The position numbers were made by a program, and so were the translations under genes. Of a stretch of DNA of 24,526 bases, positions 1 through 8,197 are shown piece by piece (position 1 is the first letter of the stretch; each line of letters begins with the position of its first letter). The stretch comes from a virus. Its lineage: Duplodnaviria > Caudoviricetes. The notes beneath the pieces were generated by a model that saw only the letters and a list, made by a program, of their open reading frames with translations, did no database searches and had not been told where the DNA came from. The stretch lies in the IMG/VR virus record IMGVR_UViG_3300020043_005073, positions 1 through 24,526 of that record, one strand, 5' to 3'.

Positions 1-1761
1 CGATACAAGATACTCGTTTACGATCTCTACCTTATCCAAATCCACATTCTTCAGGTCCTCGATAGTGTGGATACCATTGTTTTTGAAGTTAGGTGAATCG
101 AATACGCTGATATGGATTTTGTTTGCGTAATCCCACGAATAATGAGACTGACGGAACGAACCACTATCGGAGGTAGGGTTCCCAATCATCAACATCCTGG
201 CCTTCTCGGAAGTCATCATACCTTCCATCGCCTCAAAAGCATCCTCATTAACACCAGCTGCCTCATCAACAACAATCAATATATGCCCCGATGCGGCATG
301 GAATCCTTGGAGCTTGTCGGGGTCATGAGATGATGCGCCTATCGCATACCAGTCAGATGCAATATCTAGACGAGTTTTGAATACTTCCCCGCCTAATGGA
401 TGTTTCGCTTTCTCATGGGCGGCCCTTATCTCTCTCCACAAAAGGTTTTCGACTTGCCTTAGAGTAGGGGCAGTAGTTACAACAATAGATTGCGGGTGAC
501 AATACAGAAACCATAGGGCTAGGCGTCCAGCCGAATAAGAGTTATGTGTAGGGATTAGTCGTTTACCTGCAAGAAATAGTTTATTTGGCGCGTCCACTTC
601 GATACATCGCGTGGGGACACTATCGACAGGGACAATATCGACAATAGTGCGAGCCGTTATTCGAGCCGCTTGGGTTATTGGCGTTCTCCACCGAGATGCT
701 TTTCTTTCCAACTTGAATGGGTTATCGGATGCCGAAAAGTTGATGCGGTAACGGATGCCGCAATCTTTGCCATAGAGCTTTGAAGGTCTAGCTCGAATCC
801 TTGCTTTGAAACCTAAACCATCCAATATTTCTAGCAGGTCATACACGAGACGTTCACAAGTTAAATCTATCTGGATTTGGCCTCTGATGGTTATATGTCC
901 ATCGGAATCCATAATGCCTCGTAATAGTTCGAGGCGTTGGGTAATGCTCGCGTTTTTGTATTGTTGTGGGATATGTTTGTTGTTCAGTACCCCTATATTG
1001 CGCAGTTGGGGGATACCTTGACCTTTTGGTAGAAAAGCATAAGAATAATCGTTTCTATATAGCCGTGGTTCATAGCCTTCGTTCTCTATGTGTGGCAATA
1101 GCTCATTTGATGGGTCAGTTATTATCGCTCCGCTGGATGTCCCATCGCCTAGCCAAACACCAAAGGTGTAAGGCCGAATAGGTAAATCTTGGTGTTCACC
1201 TTCAATGGGTTGTGTTAAAGGAATCAGATGGTTACGTTGGTCGTTAGTGCTTTTCAAAGAGTTTTTTAGAACTTCTACATTGTTAGTGGAAGCAGATTCC
1301 CAGAAGTTACGCCAATCACCTATAACATTATTTGTACGACGTAAGTGTTCTTTTATACATGCACGTTTCTTAAAATCGATGGTATCCCACAGGTGGTCTT
1401 TGTCGCATACGATTGTCGAGCCATCATCAAATATGACCTTATAACATTCAAGGTTTCTGACCTCGTAGGCTTTAGTGACTTTAGTTGTTTTCCCATCAAC
1501 ACCGAATATTTCGTCACCTACAACAAGATCGCCCATCGTTGTCCAACCTGTTGGTGTCGCTATGGGAGTATCTACCGACAGACCTTTTCCTACATCGTGA
1601 CAGGCCCTTACAGTCGTATAACGGTTATCCCTAACACTGATAGCTATTTCTTCTTGCTTATCCCAGAAACCGCCCGCTAAAAGATCTCTATTGAAAAGTT
1701 CAGGCGAACGCTGATAGACATTCTTTCCTTTGACCAGATCAACGTCACTAATTAACTCCAT
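1..1761 (-). CDS. terL: Terminase large subunit (3' end truncated by window), interrupted by an intein
   Basis: Manual translation from ATG at 1761 is open to position 1. Walker A RACHDVGK/S is split by the intein; also VVTTAPTLRQ, Walker B ILIVVDEAAG (~253-282) and motif III MLMIGNP. Start overlaps the end of terS. Absent from the ORF track because there is no stop in the window. Confidence 0.95.
   Translation of the reverse strand, partial: MELISDVDLVKGKNVYQRSPELFNRDLLAGGFWDKQEEIAISVRDNRYTTVRACHDVGKGLSVDTPIATPTGWTTMGDLVVGDEIFGVDGKTTKVTKAYEVRNLECYKVIFDDGSTIVCDKDHLWDTIDFKKRACIKEHLRRTNNVIGDWRNFWESASTNNVEVLKNSLKSTNDQRNHLIPLTQPIEGEHQDLPIRPYTFGVWLGDGTSSGAIITDPSNELLPHIENEGYEPRLYRNDYSYAFLPKGQGIPQLRNIGVLNNKHIPQQYKNASITQRLELLRGIMDSDGHITIRGQIQIDLTCERLVYDLLEILDGLGFKARIRARPSKLYGKDCGIRYRINFSASDNPFKLERKASRWRTPITQAARITARTIVDIVPVDSVPTRCIEVDAPNKLFLAGKRLIPTHNSYSAGRLALWFLYCHPQSIVVTTAPTLRQVENLLWREIRAAHEKAKHPLGGEVFKTRLDIASDWYAIGASSHDPDKLQGFHAASGHILIVVDEAAGVNEDAFEAMEGMMTSEKARMLMIGNPTSDSGSFRQSHYSWDYANKIHISVFDSPNFKNNGIHTIEDLKNVDLDKVEIVNEYLVS
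541..1584 (-). mobile_element. Class 3 intein (348 aa) with LAGLIDADG homing endonuclease in TerL Walker A
   Basis: Block A GLSVDTPIATPTGWTTMGDL; block B IVCDKDHLW (Trp at 1387-1389); LAGLIDADG motifs PYTFGVWLGDG and LELLRGIMDSDG; block F TRCIEV (Cys at 604-606); block G LIPTHN followed by +1 Ser (538-540). Removing it restores GKS. Confidence 0.95.
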
Positions 1762-2110
1762 CAGAGTTTTCTATCTCTTCCGCTTTTTTGATTGCCTCAG
1801 CAAAAGTAGACATAATGTTAGTCCCATCAGGATTCTGCAAAGTATGAGTAGATACAGGCTGGCCATACACTTGGTCGATCATCTCTTTGATTACTTTCCA
1901 GTCGCTCTTATTTACCGCTACGGCAAGTTTCCGTTCAAAATAGGGTGCTTGTTCATCTGAGGCTATCTTTTTGAGTTCGGATTCTGTTAGGCGCATCATG
2001 CGTTCTAGTTTCCAACGGGGGGTATCTTCCTTTTTCCATGCGCCATGATGTTGAGGGTTGCCTTCTGGTCCGCCGAAACGAGTCTTTGGAGATGGGTTAG
2101 GGTTAGCCAT
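1748..2110 (-). CDS. terS: Terminase small subunit (probable)
   Basis: Immediately upstream of and overlapping terL; N-terminal NPNPSPKTRFG..GNP and C-terminal IKEMIDQVYGQP motifs typical of this TerS type. Confidence 0.75.
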   Translation of the reverse strand: MANPNPSPKTRFGGPEGNPQHHGAWKKEDTPRWKLERMMRLTESELKKIASDEQAPYFERKLAVAVNKSDWKVIKEMIDQVYGQPVSTHTLQNPDGTNIMSTFAEAIKKAEEIENSDGVN

Positions 2111-2157
2111 TCGTGTTTTCCTGCTCTCTGGAATGCCAAGTGTCGTTTGTCATGGTT

Positions 2158-2754
2158 TTATTGTATCTCGTGTTTCATTGCTTTTGAACCAAATGTGTCT
2201 GTTGCGTGGTGGCATTGTTTGCAAAGTGTTTGTCCGTTGTTGATGTCGAATCTTAATTCCTTATAGTATGCGAATGGTTTAATATGGTCTGCTTGTAACT
2301 CTCCGCCTGTTTGTCCACAATGTTGGCAGGTGTAATTATCTCTCCTGAATACGCTTGTTCTCCAGTTTCTGTATCTGGCTGATTTTCTTATGCGTTCATT
2401 TTCTGTAGTTACTCCGCCTTTCCAGAAGTGGCTTTTTTCTCCTTTGAAATGAGAGTAGTCATATTGTTTTGCTGCTTCGTTTCGGCAGTTCATTGAACAG
2501 TATTTGGGTTTATGGTAAGCGCCTATAAGGATTTCCATTGGTTTTTTGCAGTAAACGCAAGGTTTAGTTCCTCTCGGTAATTTATTTGGTGGCACTTTAC
2601 CCCGTTTGGCTTCTGACATTTTTTGTCTAGTTGCTAGAGTCCGAGGTGAACTGGAGAAACATTTTCGTGAACAATATTGTGGTTTTCTGGTTTTGCATCC
2701 TTTTGTTGAGTGGAATATTGTTTTGCATGTTATGCAGTTATACTGTTTTGGCAC
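2158..2754 (-). CDS. HNH endonuclease with Cys-rich zinc-finger repeats and NUMOD3-like segment
   Basis: CxxC...YCSxxC twice, RQKMSEAKRG, HFWKGG, WRTSVFRRDNYTCQHCG...LQADHIKP...NGQTLCKQCH. Start placed at GTG 2754 rather than 2805 (avoids overlap; a -10 box lies 6 nt upstream). Confidence 0.9.
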   Translation of the reverse strand: MPKQYNCITCKTIFHSTKGCKTRKPQYCSRKCFSSSPRTLATRQKMSEAKRGKVPPNKLPRGTKPCVYCKKPMEILIGAYHKPKYCSMNCRNEAAKQYDYSHFKGEKSHFWKGGVTTENERIRKSARYRNWRTSVFRRDNYTCQHCGQTGGELQADHIKPFAYYKELRFDINNGQTLCKQCHHATDTFGSKAMKHEIQ

Positions 2755-2777
2755 AAATAAATGATACCATGCGTTAG

Positions 2778-3233
2778 CTAGAATATGTGTCCGCATTCGG
2801 GACATTCTATTGTTTTGCGTTTCTTCTCTTCCGCTTCGGCGGGATTAGGGTTGTGTGCTTCTCCCCATTCTTCGGGCATGTCTAGACCCCAGTCGGTCAG
2901 TTTGTCTTCTGGCCATTCTCCGTTAGAGAGGGCATCCCAGTCCCATTCGCCAAATGAAGCGTTATCTTTAATAGTGAACTCGCGTTGCTGGTCTTCAGTC
3001 CACCCGTCAGCGATATCAATCCAAACCGTTTTAAGACCAGCCTCTTTACATGCACGTAACCTCATGTTACCGCCCAATACAACCATCTCGGCATTAACGA
3101 TGATGGGACGTTTTTCAAGCATCTCTGGGAATGATTTTATAGATTCGACAAGTTTGAAGAACTTATCATCTCTAATTATCCTTGGGTTGTCATCATTTAG
3201 ACGGATTTGCCCTATAGCTACCTGCTGCTTCAT
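2778..3233 (-). CDS. ParB/Srx N-terminal (ParBc-like) domain protein with C-terminal CPECG zinc-ribbon motif
   Basis: NPRII...LVESIKSFP...RPIIVN...VLGGNMRLRA...IKDN pattern; GGAGG SD before ATG 3233. Confidence 0.85.
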   Translation of the reverse strand: MKQQVAIGQIRLNDDNPRIIRDDKFFKLVESIKSFPEMLEKRPIIVNAEMVVLGGNMRLRACKEAGLKTVWIDIADGWTEDQQREFTIKDNASFGEWDWDALSNGEWPEDKLTDWGLDMPEEWGEAHNPNPAEAEEKKRKTIECPECGHIF

Positions 3234-3279
3234 AAATACCTCCACCTGTATCCACACCACACGCATTTACTCTTCCGCA

Positions 3280-3489
3280 TTATGCACCTTCAATCTTTGA
3301 GGCTTTCAAGAATGTCTTATCAAACAATTCTGTTAGGCGCGCTTCAGTTTTTTTATTGAGCGCATCCACAAGTGCTCCAATTTTTATCATCTCTGAAAAA
3401 GTCATTTCGCCTTCAGGAGAATTGTCCATGAATATCTGAACATGTTCATTGTTATGTTCGTTGATTATCTGCTCGAATGTGGTTTCCAT
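3280..3489 (-). CDS. Hypothetical protein
   Basis: 69-aa ORF with AAGGA SD, in the operon direction. Confidence 0.65.
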   Translation of the reverse strand: METTFEQIINEHNNEHVQIFMDNSPEGEMTFSEMIKIGALVDALNKKTEARLTELFDKTFLKASKIEGA

Positions 3490-3676
3490 TTTGTTCCTTT
3501 CTTATTGATCGTTGTCCTCGATCTCGGTTGATTATTCCTAGAGGTGTCGTGACTGCTTCTTCGTCGGACATGCCGCGTCGGATACGGCTATGGATAGTAG
3601 AGGGTTTGCATCCTAGGGTTTCGGCCCATTCTTTAATGGTTTTAGTTTCGCCGTTAGCTGTAATTTTTAATGCCAT
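3452..3676 (-). CDS. Small HTH DNA-binding protein (module usually found at the C-terminus of phage HNH proteins)
   Basis: ITANGETKTIKEWAETLGCKPSTIHSRIRRGMSDEEAVT pattern. Confidence 0.7.
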   Translation of the reverse strand: MALKITANGETKTIKEWAETLGCKPSTIHSRIRRGMSDEEAVTTPLGIINRDRGQRSIRKEQNGNHIRADNQRT

Positions 3677-4081
3677 CTATTTTGTTTCCCTTGTGTAGTC
3701 GAACTTCACAACATCGCCGACTCTATATCCTTGAGGTATCGAAGTTATTTTTAAGGTAGGTTTTCCCCAACGCCATATTTTCCAGCCGAAATAACGTGGC
3801 GTATGTCTAGACCATTCGATCTTGTCTCCGAGTTCGGATTTGGGGAGTTGTCCTTCTCCTGTAAATCTAGGTTCCTTCATTTTGCTATCCCCTGTGTTCC
3901 AACTTTTGAGCATCTCGTAGGTAATCATTCCGCCAGGATTCACACTCTCCTGAAGTGTCTCCAAAACATCATTAGGGAATCTGAAAGCATAGTTAGCTGT
4001 ACGGCGAGAGTCGTAACTTCCTGGAAGCCATACGTTATGGCTAGAGATACCATACGAGCCTGAATCTGTTTTATGAATCAT
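3677..4081 (-). CDS. Hypothetical protein
   Basis: 134-aa ORF, ATGA-coupled to the upstream gene; shares an EPxFTG...VG[DE]xV C-terminal module with 4078..4518. Confidence 0.75.
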   Translation of the reverse strand: MIHKTDSGSYGISSHNVWLPGSYDSRRTANYAFRFPNDVLETLQESVNPGGMITYEMLKSWNTGDSKMKEPRFTGEGQLPKSELGDKIEWSRHTPRYFGWKIWRWGKPTLKITSIPQGYRVGDVVKFDYTRETK

Positions 4082-4518
4082 TCTGTTTGTCCTGTGTTCT
4101 CAACACGCACTATTTCGCCAACCTTAATGTTGTGCTCATGCGTAACAATAGGAACAGGCGACTCGCCCCTAGTCCATTCGACAGCATCGCCGACCTCAAA
4201 ATCTGCGGCATCGCCTGCGCCTGTGAAGTGAGGCTCTGGGTTCTCTAAACCAAACAACCGCAACGCTTGGTCAGCAAAAGAGTTTTCATCGTTTGTGTCG
4301 TAGTATTCCCATTTACCTGCACCAAAGAACTTGTCTGTAAGTTCAATGAGTTGTTCTCGTAGTGCTTGTCTATCTAAAGGAACAAACAACATGTCTCTTA
4401 AAAGCTCCGGACCATGAATTATTGTTCTATCGTCGGTATATCCGATAGCAAGCTGATCAGATATTCGCCAATGTAAAGGATGTTTTGATATATATTCAGG
4501 TATAGACTCAGACGTCAC
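4078..4518 (-). CDS. Hypothetical protein
   Basis: 146-aa ORF overlapping both neighbours. Confidence 0.75.
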   Translation of the reverse strand: MTSESIPEYISKHPLHWRISDQLAIGYTDDRTIIHGPELLRDMLFVPLDRQALREQLIELTDKFFGAGKWEYYDTNDENSFADQALRLFGLENPEPHFTGAGDAADFEVGDAVEWTRGESPVPIVTHEHNIKVGEIVRVENTGQTE

Positions 4519-4726
4519 GCTCTCCCATTATGTGGTTTGCAATCTTTAACGCTTTTCGAGCAGATTTGCCAGACTCAATAGCCGCTACAATGATTTCATG
4601 GCGACGCTGATTATTCACCATAGAAGAAAACCCTTCTCGTAGACGTTCCATTTCGTGTTCTCCAACGGTTATCGGTTGGATGCCAGTAGAGGTATAAATG
4701 GTTTTAAGTTGTTGTTGTTCAGTCAT
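4508..4726 (-). CDS. Hypothetical protein
   Basis: 72-aa coupled ORF. Confidence 0.7.
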   Translation of the reverse strand: MTEQQQLKTIYTSTGIQPITVGEHEMERLREGFSSMVNNQRRHEIIVAAIESGKSARKALKIANHIMGERDV

Positions 4727-4931
4727 CTAAACCACTCTCACTCAAACCCGATGTATCTATATCAACAAAAATAACTTTCAAATAAGCATCAACCGCATTA
4801 GCTAAATCATGTCCGATATCTGCTTGCTCAGATGGTGTAGCCCAATATTTTTTATTTAGTTCTACTAACTTTTTAAGCCGTTCATGTCTGACGATTATTC
4901 CTTTTTCGTATTCATCTAGTTCGTCTTTCAT
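4719..4931 (-). CDS. Hypothetical protein
   Basis: 70-aa ORF, ATGA overlap with the MTase stop. Confidence 0.7.
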   Translation of the reverse strand: MKDELDEYEKGIIVRHERLKKLVELNKKYWATPSEQADIGHDLANAVDAYLKVIFVDIDTSGLSESGLDD

Positions 4932-5713
4932 TCTTTGCCTTTCATGCCTAAACCCTCAAAATCAAACACGCCCTGAGCAAGCCTAGATTCTGCAATAGCA
5001 CAATACTCAGCAGAGATTTCAGAACCTATATAGTTACGCCCTAAATCTTTACACGCGAGTGCAGTAGTGCCAGAACCCATAGCAAAATCCAAAACTAACT
5101 CGTCGGAGTTGCTGTAAGTTTCAACCAAGTATTTAATAAGGGCGACAGGTTTCTGTGTTGGATGATAAGTCCCTGTTGCTCTAGGTACGCAATCAAACTT
5201 TAAGATCGAAGATGGGTTTTTCAGCTTTCCTGAAAAGGTTTTCCAGTCTTGGGTTTCGTTATTTATCGAGTGTTTGTCTGCCGTAGCTCGTCTCGCAATA
5301 GAATCCACTGTTGGTTGCGTTTTCCATTCTCTCGGTTGGAGTTGCTTATTATACGTCGGCTGTTGGTCGAAAAATACACAGATGTTTTCGTGATATTTCA
5401 TGGGACGCTTGTTAGCTAAGACCATCCCCGTTGGGACGTTTTTCTCCCAAATTAGTTCGTATTTGAAAAGGTCAATATTGCTAAAAATAAGTTTGGTAGT
5501 AAACGGTTGTGAACTAAATATTAGTATTGCTGCCGACGGTTTAGCGATTCTGAGAAGTTGCTCCCACATCTTATCTAGCGGGATAATTGAGTCCCAAGCG
5601 CAAGCAGTTGTTCCATAAGGCGGGTCTGTTAAGACTAAATCAATCGCGTTATCTGGAATACGTTTCATAGTTTCTAGGCAATCTTCGTTATAAATAGTGT
5701 TTAATTCAATCAT
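4928..5713 (-). CDS. DNA amino-methyltransferase (N6-adenine/N4-cytosine, beta class)
   Basis: Motif IV DLVLTDPPY precedes HPTQKP and motif I VLDFAMGSGTT; no cognate restriction enzyme recognised. Confidence 0.95.
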   Translation of the reverse strand: MIELNTIYNEDCLETMKRIPDNAIDLVLTDPPYGTTACAWDSIIPLDKMWEQLLRIAKPSAAILIFSSQPFTTKLIFSNIDLFKYELIWEKNVPTGMVLANKRPMKYHENICVFFDQQPTYNKQLQPREWKTQPTVDSIARRATADKHSINNETQDWKTFSGKLKNPSSILKFDCVPRATGTYHPTQKPVALIKYLVETYSNSDELVLDFAMGSGTTALACKDLGRNYIGSEISAEYCAIAESRLAQGVFDFEGLGMKGKE

Positions 5714-5741
5714 TGTTTGCCTTTCGCGCCTAAACCCTCAA
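4928..5741. repeat. 32-bp imperfect direct repeats (4928-4959 and 5710-5741) bracketing the MTase gene
   Basis: tcattCtttgcctttcATgcctaaaccctcaa vs tcattGtttgcctttcGCgcctaaaccctcaa, 29/32 identical. Confidence 0.9.
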
Positions 5742-5982
5742 CTTCGTTTTCCGATTCACCCGTTGGGAAAAGACCACCCATGTGTTCCCAGTTCTTTCTA
5801 AAAGATTCTCTTGTTGCATACGGACACTTGCCTTTGCCATCCATCCGTTCAATCCAACAAAACATTTCTGTGCCTCGCCAATGACCATCTCTGTAGACAC
5901 GCAAAAGATATTTCTTGCGAGGCCAGTAACCCAAGCTCGGTAGTTTCCCTTTGAACTTTGCTTTTATCATCGATTCTCTCAT
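5710..5982 (-). CDS. Hypothetical protein
   Basis: 90-aa ORF with ATGA overlaps at both ends. Confidence 0.7.
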   Translation of the reverse strand: MRESMIKAKFKGKLPSLGYWPRKKYLLRVYRDGHWRGTEMFCWIERMDGKGKCPYATRESFRKNWEHMGGLFPTGESENEVEGLGAKGKQ

Positions 5983-6218
5983 TTTTGCTCCTTGGTTATA
6001 CCTATAAGCTCTAAAACCTCAGCCACCGAATCGTCTAAGTCTTGATCTTCATCTTGCCAAAACTTTTCTAGAATATCTTCGAGTTGTGTTGTTAGAGACT
6101 CAACATCCAAAGGCTCGAAATATGTTTCCAAATCAAGGTGTACGCTGTACGACTTATCTATTTCGTATGGTATCGGCAAGGGTTGTTTGAGTACCCATAG
6201 GTTCTTAACGTCAGACAT
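5979..6218 (-). CDS. Hypothetical acidic protein
   Basis: Start moved to ATG 6218 (AAGGAG SD; overlaps the stop of 6211..6351). Confidence 0.7.
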   Translation of the reverse strand: MSDVKNLWVLKQPLPIPYEIDKSYSVHLDLETYFEPLDVESLTTQLEDILEKFWQDEDQDLDDSVAEVLELIGITKEQK

Positions 6219-6398
6219 TGGTGTGTTCTCCTTGAAGAAGCTCCAACGTTTCCAATAGTTCAATTAAAAAATCGTCTCTTGTCTGCGTATCGGTTGTATC
6301 TTCAAAATATTTGTTGATTAGTTGTTCTAATTTTGTAGCAAAATTTTGCATTATTTCTCCTCTGTTTTTAATATGTATAGGTTCTTAACGTCAGACAT
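6197..6398. repeat. Perfect 22-bp direct repeat (6197-6218 and 6377-6398)
   Basis: ataggttcttaacgtcagacat twice, 180 bp apart; each encodes MSDVKNL on the minus strand. Confidence 0.95.
6211..6351 (-). CDS. Hypothetical 46-aa protein (MQNFATKLEQ...)
   Basis: Manual translation; GAGGAG SD and TAATG coupling; below the ORF-track cutoff. Confidence 0.6.
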   Translation of the reverse strand: MQNFATKLEQLINKYFEDTTDTQTRDDFLIELLETLELLQGEHTNV

Positions 6399-6401
6399 CA
6401 T
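6351..6401 (-). pseudogene. 16-codon mini-ORF MMSDVKNLYILKTEEK, duplicated N-terminus of 5979..6218
   Basis: TAATG-coupled on both sides; shares the 22-bp repeat. Confidence 0.5.
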
Positions 6402-6562
6402 TAACTCTCAACTTTCAATTCGCCTACATTTATCCACAAGTATTCAGTAACCCATTCTTTGACTTTATCTGCCGAAGGTTTGCTGTAATCGCCACCCGTA
6501 TGCTTTTCCAAAGTGAATGTCCTGTTATCAATAACGAAAGTTATGTACCATACGCAACCCAT
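6401..6562 (-). CDS. Hypothetical 53-aa protein
   Basis: Manual translation MGCVWYITFVID...KVES; AGGAG SD and TAATG coupling. Confidence 0.6.
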   Translation of the reverse strand: MGCVWYITFVIDNRTFTLEKHTGGDYSKPSADKVKEWVTEYLWINVGELKVES

Positions 6563-6888
6563 TATTTGTTCTCCTGTTCTTTATCTACAACCGCCAACCG
6601 CTCACAATATTGTTTCCACTCAAAAGAAGCGCCATCACTACGAGGATTGAGAGCTGATCGACTTCCAGCAAAAAAAGCCTTCCTGATTTCATCTGTGGCC
6701 GTAACATCTGAAAGTGTAGAGTTTCTAAAAAGATGCAAAGCATCAACCCTATATTCTTTAGTGACCTCGGCCATTTTTTCCATAGGACTCCGCCCTTCTC
6801 TTTGTCCATATTCATAGCCTCTACTAAAAGCATTACTGAACAGGTTACCTATTAAAACGCTTAAGCAATCTTCTGTTATTGGTTTCAT
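6562..6888 (-). CDS. Hypothetical protein
   Basis: 108-aa ORF in the operon direction. Confidence 0.7.
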   Translation of the reverse strand: MKPITEDCLSVLIGNLFSNAFSRGYEYGQREGRSPMEKMAEVTKEYRVDALHLFRNSTLSDVTATDEIRKAFFAGSRSALNPRSDGASFEWKQYCERLAVVDKEQENK

Positions 6889-6907
6889 TGCGCTTCTTTC
6901 TGTGTAA

Positions 6908-7213
6908 CTAAAGACTCAAGACGTTAGCTAGTACCCATACGCCCATATTTTTTTCTGAATCGTGATATTCGGTATTACACCATTGTTCTGCAAGTGTTAA
7001 AAGTTCGGCTTTTGTTAATTCAGTCCAGCCGTCGTATCTTCCATCCCAGCACGAACAATCATTAGCTTCTAAGTAGGTATATAGCCCGTCTTTGACAAAA
7101 AGTTTCGCTTCGTCAATATCCCAACCCCCTGATTCATCTTCGTCATGGATAAGCGCACCAAATTCACTAAATTCAGTACCGTCGTAACTTGTTTTATAAT
7201 TTATTTCTTTCAT
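6908..7213 (-). CDS. Hypothetical protein
   Basis: 101-aa ORF, GAGG SD, ATGA overlap. Confidence 0.75.
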   Translation of the reverse strand: MKEINYKTSYDGTEFSEFGALIHDEDESGGWDIDEAKLFVKDGLYTYLEANDCSCWDGRYDGWTELTKAELLTLAEQWCNTEYHDSEKNMGVWVLANVLSL

Positions 7214-7572
7214 TGTTCCTCTTTTCTAGTTAAAGCCTCAATAGCTTCAAGCGTTTCATTAATCATTACCTCTTTTTCCTTTAATGACTCTTGAGAAACA
7301 CCATGTCCTACACAAACGATAACTGGTTCTCCGTCTTCGTATTCGCCAATTGTTTCTACTGTCTCAGGTATAAAAGGCTTCCACTTATTCCATTTTTCAA
7401 AAGCAACTTCGAGCTGTTCGCGTATGGCTTCTTTTTGAGAGACACTCCAACCCCCACTCGAAACAACTTGTCCGTCGTCAGAATATTTCATGCCCTGTAC
7501 CCCAAACTCTATATCGACTTCCTCGTCAGTAGCATCTCTTAGCCATTCTTCGTATGCTTCGTCACCGCTCAT
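7210..7572 (-). CDS. Hypothetical acidic protein
   Basis: 120-aa ORF, TAATG coupling. Confidence 0.75.
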   Translation of the reverse strand: MSGDEAYEEWLRDATDEEVDIEFGVQGMKYSDDGQVVSSGGWSVSQKEAIREQLEVAFEKWNKWKPFIPETVETIGEYEDGEPVIVCVGHGVSQESLKEKEVMINETLEAIEALTRKEEQ

Positions 7573-7763
7573 TAGTCTTTACCTAACCCCTCAACCGGAT
7601 TTTCTCGGTAATAGTTTTCTATCGCCAGCTTTGACTGCAAAATAATATCGCTTTGATACGAGATTTCTTCTTGCTCTGTAAGATATTGTTCGACTAATCT
7701 ATGTTGATTCGTTTTCCCTCGCTCGTAAACATCGAACAAGATTTCACCCACTACGTCATTCAC
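7572..7763 (-). CDS. Hypothetical protein
   Basis: 63-aa ORF, AAGGAG SD, GTGA overlap. Confidence 0.7.
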   Translation of the reverse strand: MNDVVGEILFDVYERGKTNQHRLVEQYLTEQEEISYQSDIILQSKLAIENYYRENPVEGLGKD

Positions 7764-7888
7764 TTTGTTTCTCCTTTACTCTCAACAGCCCGACACAAAT
7801 GGCAGACAGTATCTTTGCCTTCCCATTTTTTGTTGCCATGTTCTACATATATTTGGTGGCAACGGATACATTCAAGTTTCCAGCTCAT
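7760..7888 (-). CDS. Small zinc-ribbon protein (42 aa)
   Basis: Manual translation MSWKLECIRCHQ...VCHLCRAVESKGETK with two CxxC motifs; ATGA overlap. Confidence 0.65.
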   Translation of the reverse strand: MSWKLECIRCHQIYVEHGNKKWEGKDTVCHLCRAVESKGETK

Positions 7889-8031
7889 TTCGTGTCTGTC
7901 CTTTCTTTAGAAGAAACAACTGGCATCTGAAAAATATCTATCTCCCACTTACCGTCCTTCTTCGTAGTAACCGCAAGCGTTTCATAGTTCTCGTCGATGT
8001 CTAGACCTGTCCTAACTTCTTCAACTTCCAT
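7885..8031 (-). CDS. Hypothetical 48-aa protein
   Basis: Manual translation MEVEEVRTG...; AAGGAGG SD. Confidence 0.6.
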   Translation of the reverse strand: MEVEEVRTGLDIDENYETLAVTTKKDGKWEIDIFQMPVVSSKERTDTK

Positions 8032-8197
8032 TGTCGTCCTCCTTATTAGATAGAACAGCCAACCTGCCTATTTTAGATTTGTGCATAACATACTTAGGCC
8101 GTAAATCCTCTTGACGTTTCATTTCGTGTTGCTCTAAAGGGTTTAAGTCTTTCCATTCAATAGAAGTTATATCGGGGGTTTCGGTTGTTTGTTTCAT
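8021..8197 (-). CDS. Hypothetical 58-aa protein
   Basis: Manual translation MKQTTETPD...; ATGA overlap with 8194..8568. Confidence 0.6.
   Translation of the reverse strand: MKQTTETPDITSIEWKDLNPLEQHEMKRQEDLRPKYVMHKSKIGRLAVLSNKEDDNGS

Noticed and set aside
112-1960. Six plus-strand ORFs in the track
   Set aside because: Antisense shadows of terL, its intein and terS; no motifs.
2103-2153. 16-codon ORF MTNDTWHSREQENTNG before terS
   Set aside because: Too short and no supporting evidence; may simply be the terS leader.
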